This document shows, piece after piece, positions 9,791 through 19,843 of a stretch of DNA of 32,000 nucleotides. The position numbers and the translations under genes are program-made. This DNA is from Paramicrosporidium saccamoebae KSL3. Lineage: Eukaryota; Fungi; Cryptomycota. The stretch lies in assembly GCA_002794465.1 (NCBI GenBank), contig MTSL01000097.1, positions 1 to 32,000 of the forward strand, in the 5' to 3' direction. The notes beneath the pieces are model-generated. The model was not told the origin of the DNA. It made no database searches and saw only the letters and a list, made by a program, of their open reading frames with translations. How positions within the stretch are numbered: position 1 is the stretch's first letter; each line of letters starts with the position of its first letter.

Positions 9791-9824
9791 GGGTCGTGGG
9801 ATTGTGGGATCGTGGGATTGTGGG
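9791..9824 (+). repeat. Tandem octamer (YGTGGGAT) x4, five GGG tracts
   Basis: gggtcgtgggattgtgggatcgtgggattgtggg; loops of 4, 5, 5 and 5 nt. Confidence 0.85.
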
Positions 9825-9892
9825 ATCGCTATCCGGATGTGGATCAAACTATTCAATAACAAGCGGATTCTCTTCAGCAGAGCCCTTATTTA
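9815..9892 (+). repeat. Dispersed bipartite element, copy A
   Basis: GGATTGTGGGATCGCTATCC ... AGCGGATTCTCTTCAGCA ... cccttattt; matches copies B-D. Confidence 0.8.
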
Positions 9893-10085
9893 AATTTTAT
9901 ACAATGGATGTTTGAACTACGACTATAGCCGGGATAATGATCCTGAAATTTAATAGAGATATACCCGCTCATGTATTGCATACACCAGAAACACCTTGGT
10001 CTCTATTACAGCACAAGTTTTACGGGTACAAGAGAATAGACCATATACATTATCACAACTATATATATTCGAGGACCCCACGCAT

Positions 10086-11266
10086 TCATACATTGGGGGA
10101 TTCCGTCTGCTTGGCGGGTGCAACGTATTTCCTTTTCTTGATGGGAGCAAATTTGGGTGGAATCTGCACAATGGACATGGGCGCTACATTTTCGCAATTC
10201 TTTGCATTTGAAAGCGGTTCTAGAGGTTCTTCTGGGACGTCAAAAAGGTCCCCGGATCTGCGGCGCTTTGTGGGAGATGTGCCCAACTTGCCGTGTTTCC
10301 ATTTAACACCACAGGCGTTACATAATGTACTTGGTCCCTCCGGACCTCTCCTCCACATTGGGGTTACGCTGCATTTGCAGTGTGCGCATTGTCGTCCATC
10401 TTCAACTGTCTCAGTAGCGGGCGACGTGGAATGTGCTCTGCGTTCTGCTGTCGTTTTGGAAGTTCTTCTGGTGGTTCGTGCATGCGGCCGGTCAGTAGTC
10501 CTCACAGGACGAGCTAATGTATCACCAGCCACATCGTGGGGGGAGAAGCATGGGAACTGAATCTCACGATATCCAATGTTTGTAGGTTTTGTCAATTTTG
10601 GCAAATATTCAGAAAACAGCGACAATGGATCCCGTGTCCATCGCTGCAGACTGGTCGTTAGCATTTCAGATGGCATCTGGATTGCCATACTCAGAGGATG
10701 CGGAGAGTCAAGCAGTGGAGTGAAGGAGACGAGGAGATTTCCATCAAGCATCTCAACTATGGCATTGGAGGGAAAGACGAGCAGCTCGTCAGTCAGTTTG
10801 AAATATACACATTTTGGCCGGGACATTATCTGTTGGGTTGGTTTCTTATTCTGCGAGACAGTCCCATTCAGTAATTGCACCAAACCCGGATTCCGAGATA
10901 GTAACTCTTTGATGGAATTGGATGCGGAATCCTGAGCTGGGCTGGCCTCGGCGGCAGGGTCCTTTTTGGTTGGGTCCAGGAACATTTGTACCAGCGACAA
11001 AGAGCCTCTTCGAGCGCTAGTGAGCTGCTCCACACTTGGCAGAGTATAAAATGGGACGTTGTGGAAGCGATGGGCGCCGATCATTACAGTGGCGCTGCAT
11101 ACATGCTCCAGCTGCTCTGTCATCACGTCGCTGGCCCTTTCAAAGACTCGGCTTTGCAGAATATCCCGTTCCAAGGCAACACTCCTAACCAACAAAAGCT
11201 CTCCCCGTCTATTGTCACTATTAAAAAGATGGACCAGAATATCTACCGTGCCGTCTTGACTGTCAT
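10086..11266 (-). CDS. GATA zinc-finger transcription factor (C-x2-C-x18-C-x2-C), 380 aa; exons 11266-11247, 11208-10086
   Basis: CAHC-KCSVTPMWRRGPEGPSTL-CNACGVKWK; a 38-nt intron supplies an ATG start (MTVKTARRGELLLVRS...). Confidence 0.85.
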
Positions 11267-11278
11267 CGACCCCGGAGG

Positions 11279-11286
11279 GCCAATCA
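11279..11286. promoter_or_regulatory. GCCAATCA within a 26-nt bidirectional gap (GATA / MRPS9)
   Basis: Exact octamer 6 nt before the MRPS9 ATG and 12 nt from the GATA ATG. Confidence 0.65.
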
Positions 11287-11292
11287 GCGTCA

Positions 11293-12200
11293 ATGATAAG
11301 ACTGGCAGCATTTATTCGGCGCTCCGCTCCGAGCTGGGAATGTCCTCATTTCAGCCGAGTCTTCTCCACTACTCCCGCCGCCGCGAATAATGTAAATGTA
11401 TCGACGGGACGTCCGGAATTCAAAGCATCCGCGTTCACAGGAAAAGCCGACTTTTACGAGGCATACTTTTTCCTCCAAGATGTCCTGCAGCAGGCACAAT
11501 CCGCAGCCCCAGAAACGCACCATGTGCCTATTCGGATCCCATGGCACCCTCTAGATACCATGGCAGATACTATGGGATTTTCACTGACCAAGTTGCAGTA
11601 TCGCAAATTATGCACAATCCTACATAGACTGACCGCGCATACCCACTTGCCATCGCTGCTCCACTTCCTGTCCACCTTTTCGCCTGCAAACCTCACAGAG
11701 CTTCTTGATGCCAAGCCGAGTGAATCACGTGAGATTCTTGCTCGCTATGCGAACCGCGAGCCAAACCTTGGTCATGTTGACGGTAAGGGTCGTGCAGTCT
11801 CAGTTGGACGTCGGAAGACTGCCGAGGCCAAAGTCTATCTCGTTCGGGGCACTGGCGAGTGTTTTGTGAACGGAGTACCGGCGATAGAGTATTTCAAGAG
11901 ACCGCATGAAATGTTCAGGATTGCCGATCCGTTTACGGTAACTGCTTCTTTTGGAAAATACAATGCCTGGTGTCTTGTAAAAGGTGGAGGATTGGGTGGA
12001 CAGGCTGGTGCCATTGTCCATGGAATTGCTAAAGCTATAGTGCTACTGTCGCCCGAGATGAGAAACTCTTTGCAGCCTAGTACTCCCATTAGTCATTGCA
12101 TATTGATTGTTTAGTGTTGTACCGCGATCCAAGGATGGTGGAGAGGAAGAAGCCTGGCCAGCCCAAGGCCAGGAAGAAGTTTACTTGGGTCAAGCGTTAA
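11293..12200 (+). CDS. MRPS9: Mitochondrial ribosomal protein uS9m, 290 aa; exons 11293-12079, 12115-12200
   Basis: GRRKTAEAKV, VKGGGLGGQAGAI; after a 35-nt intron the canonical end RDPRMVERKKPGQPKARKKFTWVKR; Arg-rich presequence. Confidence 0.93.
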
Positions 12201-12214
12201 TAAACAATTCGTCT

Positions 12215-12294
12215 CATAGACCATCACACTGATTCAACAATCACCCCGTCGACCCATAGACTATCACACTGATTCAACAATCACCCCGTCGACT
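12215..12294 (+). repeat. 40-bp direct tandem repeat x2 (plus partial third) between convergent genes
   Basis: catagacYatcacactgattcaacaatcaccccgtcgacY at 12215 and 12255; 2 mismatches. Confidence 0.9.
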
Positions 12295-12330
12295 CATAAA
12301 TCATCATAGGACCAAATCTGTTTATTGTCC

Positions 12331-13958
12331 TTACATTTGGGAGCAATCAGCAAGGATCTCGTAATGTCGGTGGAGGTTTTTATGAATCTCTGCAAAGAGC
12401 GCCGGGATGCCCTTGGTCATCTTGACCACCCAGCCGAGTTCCTGGCGAAGACACTCGTCGGCAAATTCATTCCTCTTGCATTGAAATAGTAAATCTTGCT
12501 GCAACTAACCGATCAATAAATCATTCTCATCATACATGACTGACCCGGCTAAGGGCCTTTTCCAAATCTGGAGTTGGATTGGGTCCGTCTCGGGCACGAA
12601 GCTTCTCTGCATGCGCTTGGGACGAGACAATCTGATCAGAGAGTGCGGCAAAGCGATCAAATTTCATCCTCTTGGTTCGCGTCACCATTTCCTATACTTT
12701 TAACCGCTAAACCCTTTTCGATACGAGACAGCCCACAACTAGTCGGAGGAATAGTTCAACTCTGAGGCCTTGGCGATTTAAATCTTCAGCCTAAAATTCC
12801 ACACAAACCCCCAAATGTACTAGAGCAATGTGTGGAGTGACAAGCCCCTCCAATGCCTTGGGAACTGCAAGGTCCGCATGATCAACGTGCTGGGTGTTCT
12901 CCAAAATCTTTGCCATCCTCTCTGAGATGATGGCAATCTGCTGGTGAGAATTTCCATGAGACTCTGCAAAGGAGGAGAGCGATCTGCGCAGGTCCTCGAC
13001 AGCGTCTTTGAGGTGGTGGGACCACTTCCATGCATCATCGTAAATCATCCAATTCGGCTCACGGATTGGAACAGGTTCATTAGTGCTGGATGTCCTCATG
13101 CAGACAAACTCTTCTTGCCATCCTGGATTGACCCGGTTCCTGATGGTGGAGAAATCTTCCACCGAGAGAAATTCAACCAAAATAGGATCTCTCTGAATTA
13201 CAGGGTGATTTACAACAAGGAATAGAAACTCTTCGAGGCCCCTCCGTCTTGAAGCTACAAATGCATCAGATTGGGTCACTAGATAATCAGCCCAACTAAG
13301 GGGTGGTACGGGCTAGACGCTTTTGCGGAATATTCGGGACGATTCTAAATGGATATTTGTGCACAAGAACCTGCTGGAGCCAGGAAAAATCCTTATATCT
13401 ACGCACTACCTCTCCATTTCGGGTGGATGTGGAGATGCTGTAGTTGCGATGGCGATCGTAGAAAGGACCCGCCATATCTGCTGGGACCACCTCCACTCGA
13501 CAGGTGCTACATTCCACCTCGAGAATGGACCCCATGGAGAGCTGACTGACAGTACGCTTCCACGGATCAAGTGCCGATTCTCCCGAAGTGTAACTCGCAT
13601 TGGCCACAACAATATGATGGTCAGAGGCTTCTTGACTATCAACATTGTCGTCGCCCTCTTCAGCCGTGGCGCGCATCAGCTCTAGTCGTGCCAACAGGTC
13701 ATCCACCTTCAATTCGCCCTCTGTAAAGTTGACCTTGGACAACAACTATCCGTTAGCGCCAAATGCGAATCGTACGACGTCGGACATTTCCGAATCCATC
13801 GAGACCTCGGCAAGCATTTCGGCAAACTGGGAGGACTTTAGCGTCCCCCCGAGGTCGGTCTTTTCCCTAACCACAAAAATGGCCTTTGAATATGCCGTGG
13901 CTACGATTAAAGGCATGATTAATGCCTTACCTAATGTGTCAATGTTGTGCTCCGACAT
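12331..13958 (-). CDS. MVP1: Sorting nexin MVP1/SNX8 (PX-BAR), ~480 aa; 6 introns: 13930-13901, 13775-13746, 13309-13279, 12820-12791, 12724-12692, 12535-12505
   Basis: PX motifs VVRRYKDFSWLQQVLVHKYPFRIVPNIPQK and RRRGLEEFLFLVVNHPVI; helical BAR-like C-terminus; the spliced length of 1443 nt is in frame. Confidence 0.8.
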
Positions 13959-13981
13959 GTACGGAAAAATCAATATAATGT

Positions 13982-14404
13982 TTATCTACAACATACGTGG
14001 GCGGGAAGGATATCTCCGTTTGGATTATCGATGGAATAGGGACAGCCGCAATCCGTGACTGTGCAGGTCGGATTCAAATCACTCATGACCTTGCGGAATC
14101 TAGAGATGATCTGTGTAGGGGGCGAGTTGGGCATGGAGCGAGTGACAGTGCGAATCAGGGTTCGCACTCTAGTCTGCGTCAGAGTAGTCGGCTTAGTGAG
14201 GATGACTGGGATCGGGACTAGATTTGGTGTTGGAGTACATGGCAGACATGCAGTAGTTGTCCTGGGAGTTCCCACTGACGTAGTTCTTGCGCTCGGTGTG
14301 ATAGTTTGGAATACTTGCTGGGTCACCACATGAACACACTGGCTCCATACCAGCGGGATCAGCAACAACAGTAGAAAATGGGTATAATGGCCAACAGATC
14401 TCAT
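13982..14404 (-). CDS. Small secreted Thr/Pro-rich protein with Cys-rich C-terminus, 140 aa
   Basis: Signal peptide MRSVGHYTHFLLLLLIPLVWSQ; T/P-rich middle; CTVTDCGCP...HVCCR end. Confidence 0.7.
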   Translation of the reverse strand: MRSVGHYTHFLLLLLIPLVWSQCVHVVTQQVFQTITPSARTTSVGTPRTTTACLPCTPTPNLVPIPVILTKPTTLTQTRVRTLIRTVTRSMPNSPPTQIISRFRKVMSDLNPTCTVTDCGCPYSIDNPNGDILPAHVCCR

Positions 14405-14550
14405 CGCCGAATGCCCCACCCAAAGTCTCAATCACTAAAGTACCAAGTGGCAACGATACTCGGAATACCCGACCCTATTGGTCCAACATCAAACGGTCCG
14501 CAAGATGAATCTGCTCTAAATATAGTAACATGCTTATTATTGAACAAAAA

Positions 14551-15062
14551 TTAACGTGCACTGTAATATGTAGTGCGAACGATGGATTGGGTGCGGGATT
14601 TTTTGGTGCCGCTGCTGGGGGAGGCGGTGCCAGAGTGATCAGAGGAGGGCGATGCAGACCGAGACTTGTCCTCACTCTGTGCACGCTTCTTAGTTTCGGG
14701 ATTGATGGACTCTGCGGTTGGGGTGGCAACTCCAGTGAAATACGAAGTGTCAAACTATGTCCGTTAGTGATAGTCTGCATACTTACTCCTGGTATGGGAC
14801 CCGCATGTAGTTTGAGGGTCGAGGAAACATGCTGTGGATCAAGCGGCCGGATGGGTTGGCTATCGGCTCCTGAGAGTACGACCTGTAAGAGACTGGCCGA
14901 AGAAACCTTCCATGGCACCTGCTGCTCTGGCGCATTCTGAAGTCGAGTGAACGCCCTCCTCAAGTCTAATTGTTCTAGCCAGTCTACATTGGCAATGCAC
15001 TCTGCAATAAGCTATAATGGAATTAGTGTACCTGGAGCCTCCCTCGGCTCAAAGAATAACAT
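14551..15062 (-). CDS. Mediator subunit MED19/Rox3-like, 149 aa; exons 15062-15032, 15001-14787, 14754-14551
   Basis: Introns of 30 and 32 nt (second has GTAAGT, CTAAC, TAG); ASLLQVV...IRPLD...LKLHAGPIPG resembles MED19 SSLRSLIE...FRLHTGPLP; Ser/Lys-rich tail. Confidence 0.6.
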
Positions 15063-15111
15063 GCGGACTAGCGACCCTTGTGACAGGCGCAAACATCTAT
15101 TATACAAAATT

Positions 15112-15555
15112 CTACAAATAAATACGGTGGAACTGTCGGCTAGTGAGTGCCCTCCGACAAGTGGGACAGTGTTTCGTCTGGCGTACGGCCAGAATGATAC
15201 AAGCCTCGCAGAACAGATGGCCGCAGATAGTGGATGTCGGATGCGACATGTTGTCCAGACAAACGCTGCATTTGATGCAAGTTTTCTTTGCCTCTGGCGT
15301 CGGTAGCTGTTGCACAAAGTCTGTGGAAGGGCGGACTGGAGAGTCGACAGTGAGGTCAACAAGATTGGCGCGCCTTCTTCTTGGGGGCTGCTTTGGAGGC
15401 CTCTTTGTGACCTTTAGAGCCGGTTTCTTGACGGCAAGTACCTGGGGTTCTTCGTCATCAGTAAGGGTCAGTATTTCCTGGAGACTTTCTGTTATTTCTA
15501 TAGAACCGTCTGTAGTGGCTGTATGGGAAAGAGATGGGCGAGGAGTATGAGACAT
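15112..15555 (-). CDS. SUMO-targeted RING E3 ligase (RNF4/Slx8/Rfp-like), 147 aa
   Basis: SIM-like EILTLTDDEE and LVDLTVDSP; C-terminal C3HC4 RING CSVC...CGHLFCEAC...CPTC ending RIYL. Confidence 0.85.
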   Translation of the reverse strand: MSHTPRPSLSHTATTDGSIEITESLQEILTLTDDEEPQVLAVKKPALKVTKRPPKQPPRRRRANLVDLTVDSPVRPSTDFVQQLPTPEAKKTCIKCSVCLDNMSHPTSTICGHLFCEACIILAVRQTKHCPTCRRALTSRQFHRIYL

Positions 15556-15684
15556 TCCCAGTGGCCGGCCTCCTTTTGCGGTCACTCCCTATTGGTTGGC
15601 CATCCTATACGTTCTTGTATGATGTGGTTAATGATTGAATACTGATTTTATGGCCTCTGATCCTTGCGTATTTTCGAATCGATT

Positions 15685-16757
15685 ATGCATACCGTGAGCT
15701 ATTTGGTGCCGCAAGTTTTAAATCACGTCAATCCTAATGTTGACCAATCGTTGATGTCGGCGGAGATTACAAACTTCCGCAGCGTAGTGTCCAAGACTTC
15801 AAAATACCCTCCAGAAGCAGGCCGTTACATTCTATATGCTTGTCTGGGCTGTCCATTTGTGCAATTTATGGATGGCTGTAATATTATAGGCAATGCGTGC
15901 TGTGATGACCCGCGAGTTGAAAGGCTTAACTGAGGCTATTGACATGTGTCTCGTTGACTATCACTACTCTGACAATGGTGGACTCTAATGCGTTTACTTA
16001 TCCCCAGGACTGGCCTTTAGCACGGATGACAAGATTCCTGGCTGTTCACCAGACCCAGTAATGAATGCCAAGTTGCTTCGGGACTTGTACCTCTCAGTCT
16101 GTCCCGCATACAAAGGAATCTTTTCCGTTCCCATGCTCTGGGATCGCAAAACTGGCGAAATTGTGAACAATGAAAGTTTGGACATTATGCAAATGTTCAA
16201 TTCTAATTGGAATGACCTGGCTAAAAATCCGCAGCTGAACTTGTATCCCGATGACGCGACTGCACAGATTGAGAAATGGTTCAGCACCACGCAAGACAAC
16301 TTTTTAAAAGCACCAGGCGATGCCTTCCGTGCCACAACGCAGACTGAATGTGTGCTAAGCGTGATTGACTAATGCGGTTTAGATGAAGAAAAGGCTAATC
16401 AAGTGAAGGATGCTCTTGTAGAGTTGGATGGGATTTTGGGCAAGAGCAAGTACCTGATTGGAGAGCAACTCACTGCTGTTGATATTTCAGCATTCAATTT
16501 TGTTATTAGGTAAAGAGCCTACTAATAGCATTACTAGCTGATGTAGACACGATATCGTCTCCGTATTGCTCTTCCGTATCAATCACATCTTTGTTCGCGA
16601 TTTACCCAACGTGATGCGTTGGATCAAGGACATTCTCAATCTTCCTGGCATCCGCAATGTTGTCTGTGTGGAGCATATTAAGGGAATGACGTTTACCAAA
16701 AAGGCCTACAACCCTAATGGGATCATTCCACTGGGAAATGGGTTTACACTTCCTTAG
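15685..16757 (+). CDS. Xi-class / Ecm4-like glutathione transferase, 313 aa; introns 15859-15889, 15978-16007, 16350-16382, 16510-16546
   Basis: PPEAGRYILY..LGCPFAMR, SVPMLWDRKTGEIVNNESLDIM, NPNGIIPLG; four introns join three ORF fragments into one frame. Confidence 0.88.
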
Positions 16758-16763
16758 TAACAG

Positions 16764-18111
16764 CTAATAAGAAGGATGTTTAATAGTGGTGAAACATAGC
16801 GAAGCGTTAGTTCCACCAAACCCAAAGGAATTGCATAGCGCAGCCCGTAGGTTAGGGGCTAGTTGAGAGTGACCCGTAACTATTGTTACTCCACCCATGT
16901 TACTCCCACCCTGATAGTTCAGTGTTGGGGGGATGAGGGAGTGGTGAAGAGAGAGAATTGTCAGCACAGACTCGACTGCACCTGCCGCGCCAAGTAAATG
17001 CCCAATCGATCCTTTGTTCGCAGTCACTGTCACATTTGAAAAGAGTCTTTGCAGGGCGCAAAGTTCGGCAAGATCTCCAATGGGGGTTGCTGTGGCATGC
17101 GCATTGACATGTTGCACATCTCTGGGAGCGAGTTGTGCCTCTATCAACGCTCGCTTCATGGCCGACTCGGCGCCGGATCCATCGGGGTGGCTGGATGTAA
17201 TATGATGTGCATCGGCACTACAACCGTATCCCACAATCTCGGCATAAATCTTGGCTTTGCGTTGCTGAGCATGTTCAAGCTCCTACAAACAGTCATTATA
17301 CTTTAACATCCCAAACCTCAAGAACCAAGACGCCCGCTCCTTCTCCAATCACAAATCCGTCCCTCTTGCTGTCAAATGGACGACTGCTCTGTTCAGGATT
17401 ATCGTTAAAGTCAGAGCTGAGAGCTTTGGCCTGCGCAAATCCCGCAATCGCAAGAGGATTGATCGCCGCCTCGGTGCCACCTGCAACCATCACAGTGACA
17501 TATCCGTGTTTAATGAGCCTAAATGCATCTCCGACGGCATGCGCACCAGTTGCACAGGCAGTAGATGGTGCCAGTAAGGGGCCACGCAGCCCAAACCGGA
17601 TGGAAACGTGTCCCGCTGCCATATTGGGCAGGATTCGGGGGATAAAATGGGGACTAACCCGACGAGGACCTTTTTGGGCTAGCGTTGTGTATGCTTCTCC
17701 AATGACATCTAATGGCGCCATTCCGGATCCAATGCAAACGCCCTAGGAATCTAAACTCGAAAAATGTCGGTACGCCGTGCTCGCCAAGAGTGGAACTATC
17801 AATCATAGAGTCGGAGACGGCCTCTTTGGCGGCTGCCATTGCATATTGTATATATTTCGGCAGACTTTTGGCACCCTTTTCCTTCAATGTCAGCAAAATT
17901 CACAGTTTACATTGGACAAAAAGTCGGATAGCTCGCAATCATGTATCCACGCAGCAACTCGACTTGCCAAGAGACCATATTCGGGACCCAATTCAGCCGT
18001 AGATCGTATGGCACACTCCCCTTTAACCAGCCGACTCCATGACTTTTCGCAATTACCCCCCAATGGAGACACCAAACCCAATCCGGTGACTACTACTCGC
18101 TTAGTAGCCAT
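16764..18111 (-). CDS. CEM1: Mitochondrial 3-oxoacyl-ACP synthase (FabF-like), 417 aa; introns 17910-17882, 17773-17743, 17316-17283
   Basis: RVVVTGLG, catalytic Cys in TACATG, His in NAHATAT and [27 protein letters not shown]. Confidence 0.9.
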
Positions 18112-18152
18112 AGCGAGGAGCACAAATTCGACCAATAAAACCAGAGGACACT

Positions 18153-18160
18153 TGATTGGC
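18153..18160. promoter_or_regulatory. TGATTGGC (GCCAATCA, reverse) in the CEM1 / secreted-gene divergent gap
   Basis: Exact octamer 41 nt from the CEM1 ATG and 25 nt from ATG 18186. Confidence 0.6.
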
Positions 18161-18185
18161 TGAAAGCGATAAACAGCCCCAAGTG

Positions 18186-19547
18186 ATGATTGTCCACCGC
18201 AACTTCATCGGTCTGTTAATTTTAGTGCTTGTTCCAGTTATTAATGCAGGAGGGGCCCGGAGATCGCTAAAGTCGCCCCTGAAAACGAATAAGAGCATGT
18301 CCATCAATGGCACAACCAAAATAGATAGCGTCCAAATGGTCAAGGTATTGGTTAATTCGGCCCATTCATCGCAGAAGATACTCCAAGAACGACTCGAGAA
18401 AATTGGAGCGGGCGCCAAGACAAACATTGAAGAGTTTGCATCGACCCTGGAATTGCTGGTTCGTGAATCGATTCCGGCATCCCACTTGGCGGAAATTCTC
18501 AAGACATCTCGGTCAAGAGCAATGCTAAAGAGTATGCATGACGGCTTGATAAATATGCTAGCTAGTATCAAGGACATGGGATATTTTTGCGAGGTGATGC
18601 AAGTGATCGGCGACTATTATGGATGGCTATGGATCGAGCACAGCTTGACCGGCGACAAGATCCCCGTAACTTGGAAACCAGCCCAATTGGTGTTTGCGAG
18701 GGTTGCAGCTGCAGTCAATCTGGAAGACATGGAGACTTTGCTAGACATTGCAGACATTATGGGTAAAATACCACCAGGCTCTGTAAAATCCGACATGTAC
18801 GAATCTTACAAGAGGGCATTAGTGATGAATCAAGCCTCTTTAACGCAAGCTGATCATTTTTGGGAGATTATAGGCAAAATGACCGTGAGGAGTCCTTTGA
18901 AAGAGATTATTACTGGAGATTTGAAAAGCAAATTGACTGTTGGCCACATTGAATATGCATTAACACAATCCCCAGAGTTTCTAGGTGATACTCTTGCTCT
19001 CCTTCGGACAAAGGGTGGTTCTGAATTGGAGAAGCAAGTTTTCACGCAACTGGGCCTGTCCTCAAAATTCAAACATACTCCTACCATTCCAAAGCCAGTC
19101 ACTTCGACTACTAAACTGAGTCAGAGAGTGCAGCACGATCTATCAGGGATCCAGAAGCCTCGCGTATTGTATACAAAGATTCGAAATTTGCTAGAAGGTA
19201 TGACGCTCGATCCTGACAAACTCTTGCCTATAATCAAAGAGTCGAAGCTAAATGATTGTACCAAAACAATTAGCATCATGTTCCTTGCTACATTAATTTC
19301 CGATTCAGCCGCTATTAGGGAAAGCTACGACGCAGCCTGCGATTCTTTCCGTCACGGAAAGTGTCCGGTATGGCAGGTAGCTGAGGCACTGGAATATATT
19401 CTCCTAGAAATCCCAATCGTTGAAGAAGAAGAGGATGTATTTGACGCCATTCTTCATTCAAGATTGCTAGCATCTCACAAGTTGCGAAACTATGTCAAAA
19501 CCAACAATAATTCGTGTCCTAATTTATACGAGCTTGTCATAGATTGA
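18186..19547 (+). CDS. Orphan putative secreted helical protein, 453 aa
   Basis: Long intronless ORF; hydrophobic N-terminus FIGLLILVLVPVINA; AATAAA after the stop; no family recognised. Confidence 0.75.
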   Translation: MIVHRNFIGLLILVLVPVINAGGARRSLKSPLKTNKSMSINGTTKIDSVQMVKVLVNSAHSSQKILQERLEKIGAGAKTNIEEFASTLELLVRESIPASHLAEILKTSRSRAMLKSMHDGLINMLASIKDMGYFCEVMQVIGDYYGWLWIEHSLTGDKIPVTWKPAQLVFARVAAAVNLEDMETLLDIADIMGKIPPGSVKSDMYESYKRALVMNQASLTQADHFWEIIGKMTVRSPLKEIITGDLKSKLTVGHIEYALTQSPEFLGDTLALLRTKGGSELEKQVFTQLGLSSKFKHTPTIPKPVTSTTKLSQRVQHDLSGIQKPRVLYTKIRNLLEGMTLDPDKLLPIIKESKLNDCTKTISIMFLATLISDSAAIRESYDAACDSFRHGKCPVWQVAEALEYILLEIPIVEEEEDVFDAILHSRLLASHKLRNYVKTNNNSCPNLYELVID

Positions 19548-19727
19548 TTGTAATCGCAAGATGCCTGTTCAATAAATATTTAGTCCCAGAAAATCAATGT
19601 TGCAAAGTTTGTAACAAGTGTTAGATTCCAAGTGTGAAATGGTTTATAGTAAGGGTCCTGTTGATGAGCGAATTAGATTTGCCAAGGTATATGGCATGCA
19701 GGAAGCCATCCTTAATATAGTAGTAAT

Positions 19728-19800
19728 GGATTATGGTATCGCTATCTGAGTTGGATTCACCACAAGACGAGCGGATACTATTTAGCAAACCTTGTTATTT
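19728..19800 (+). repeat. Dispersed bipartite element, copy B
   Basis: GGATTATGGTATCGCTATCT ... AGCGGATACTATTTAGCAAA; second block 182 nt upstream of ATG 19952. Confidence 0.85.
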
Positions 19801-19829
19801 GTGTCCCGTGGCGAATTTCATGGGTCGTT

Positions 19830-19843
19830 GTTGCTATGGTAAC
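19830..19843. promoter_or_regulatory. RFX X-box-like site GTTGCTATGGTAAC
   Basis: Fits GTHNYY-AT-RRNAAC; a second TATGGTAAC ends at 19862. Confidence 0.45.

Noticed and set aside
9904-10560. 207-aa plus-strand ORF at 9937 and an upstream ATG-GAT-GTT-TGA in the same frame (selenoprotein idea)
   Set aside because: Mostly the antisense shadow of the GATA gene; no recognisable motif and no SECIS.
12215-12294. CRISPR-like array
   Set aside because: Repeats are contiguous with no spacers, there are only 2 units, the context is eukaryotic and no cas genes are present.
13746-13748. In-frame TAG between two same-frame ORFs, suggesting readthrough or recoding in MVP1
   Set aside because: The TAG is the acceptor of a 30-nt phase-0 intron (GTACGA...GCTAAC...TAG).
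13950-13996. Perfect GTATGT donor near the end of the 14404 gene that could fuse it to MVP1
   Set aside because: Requires a 47-nt intron with a GAG acceptor, outside the observed size range and consensus.
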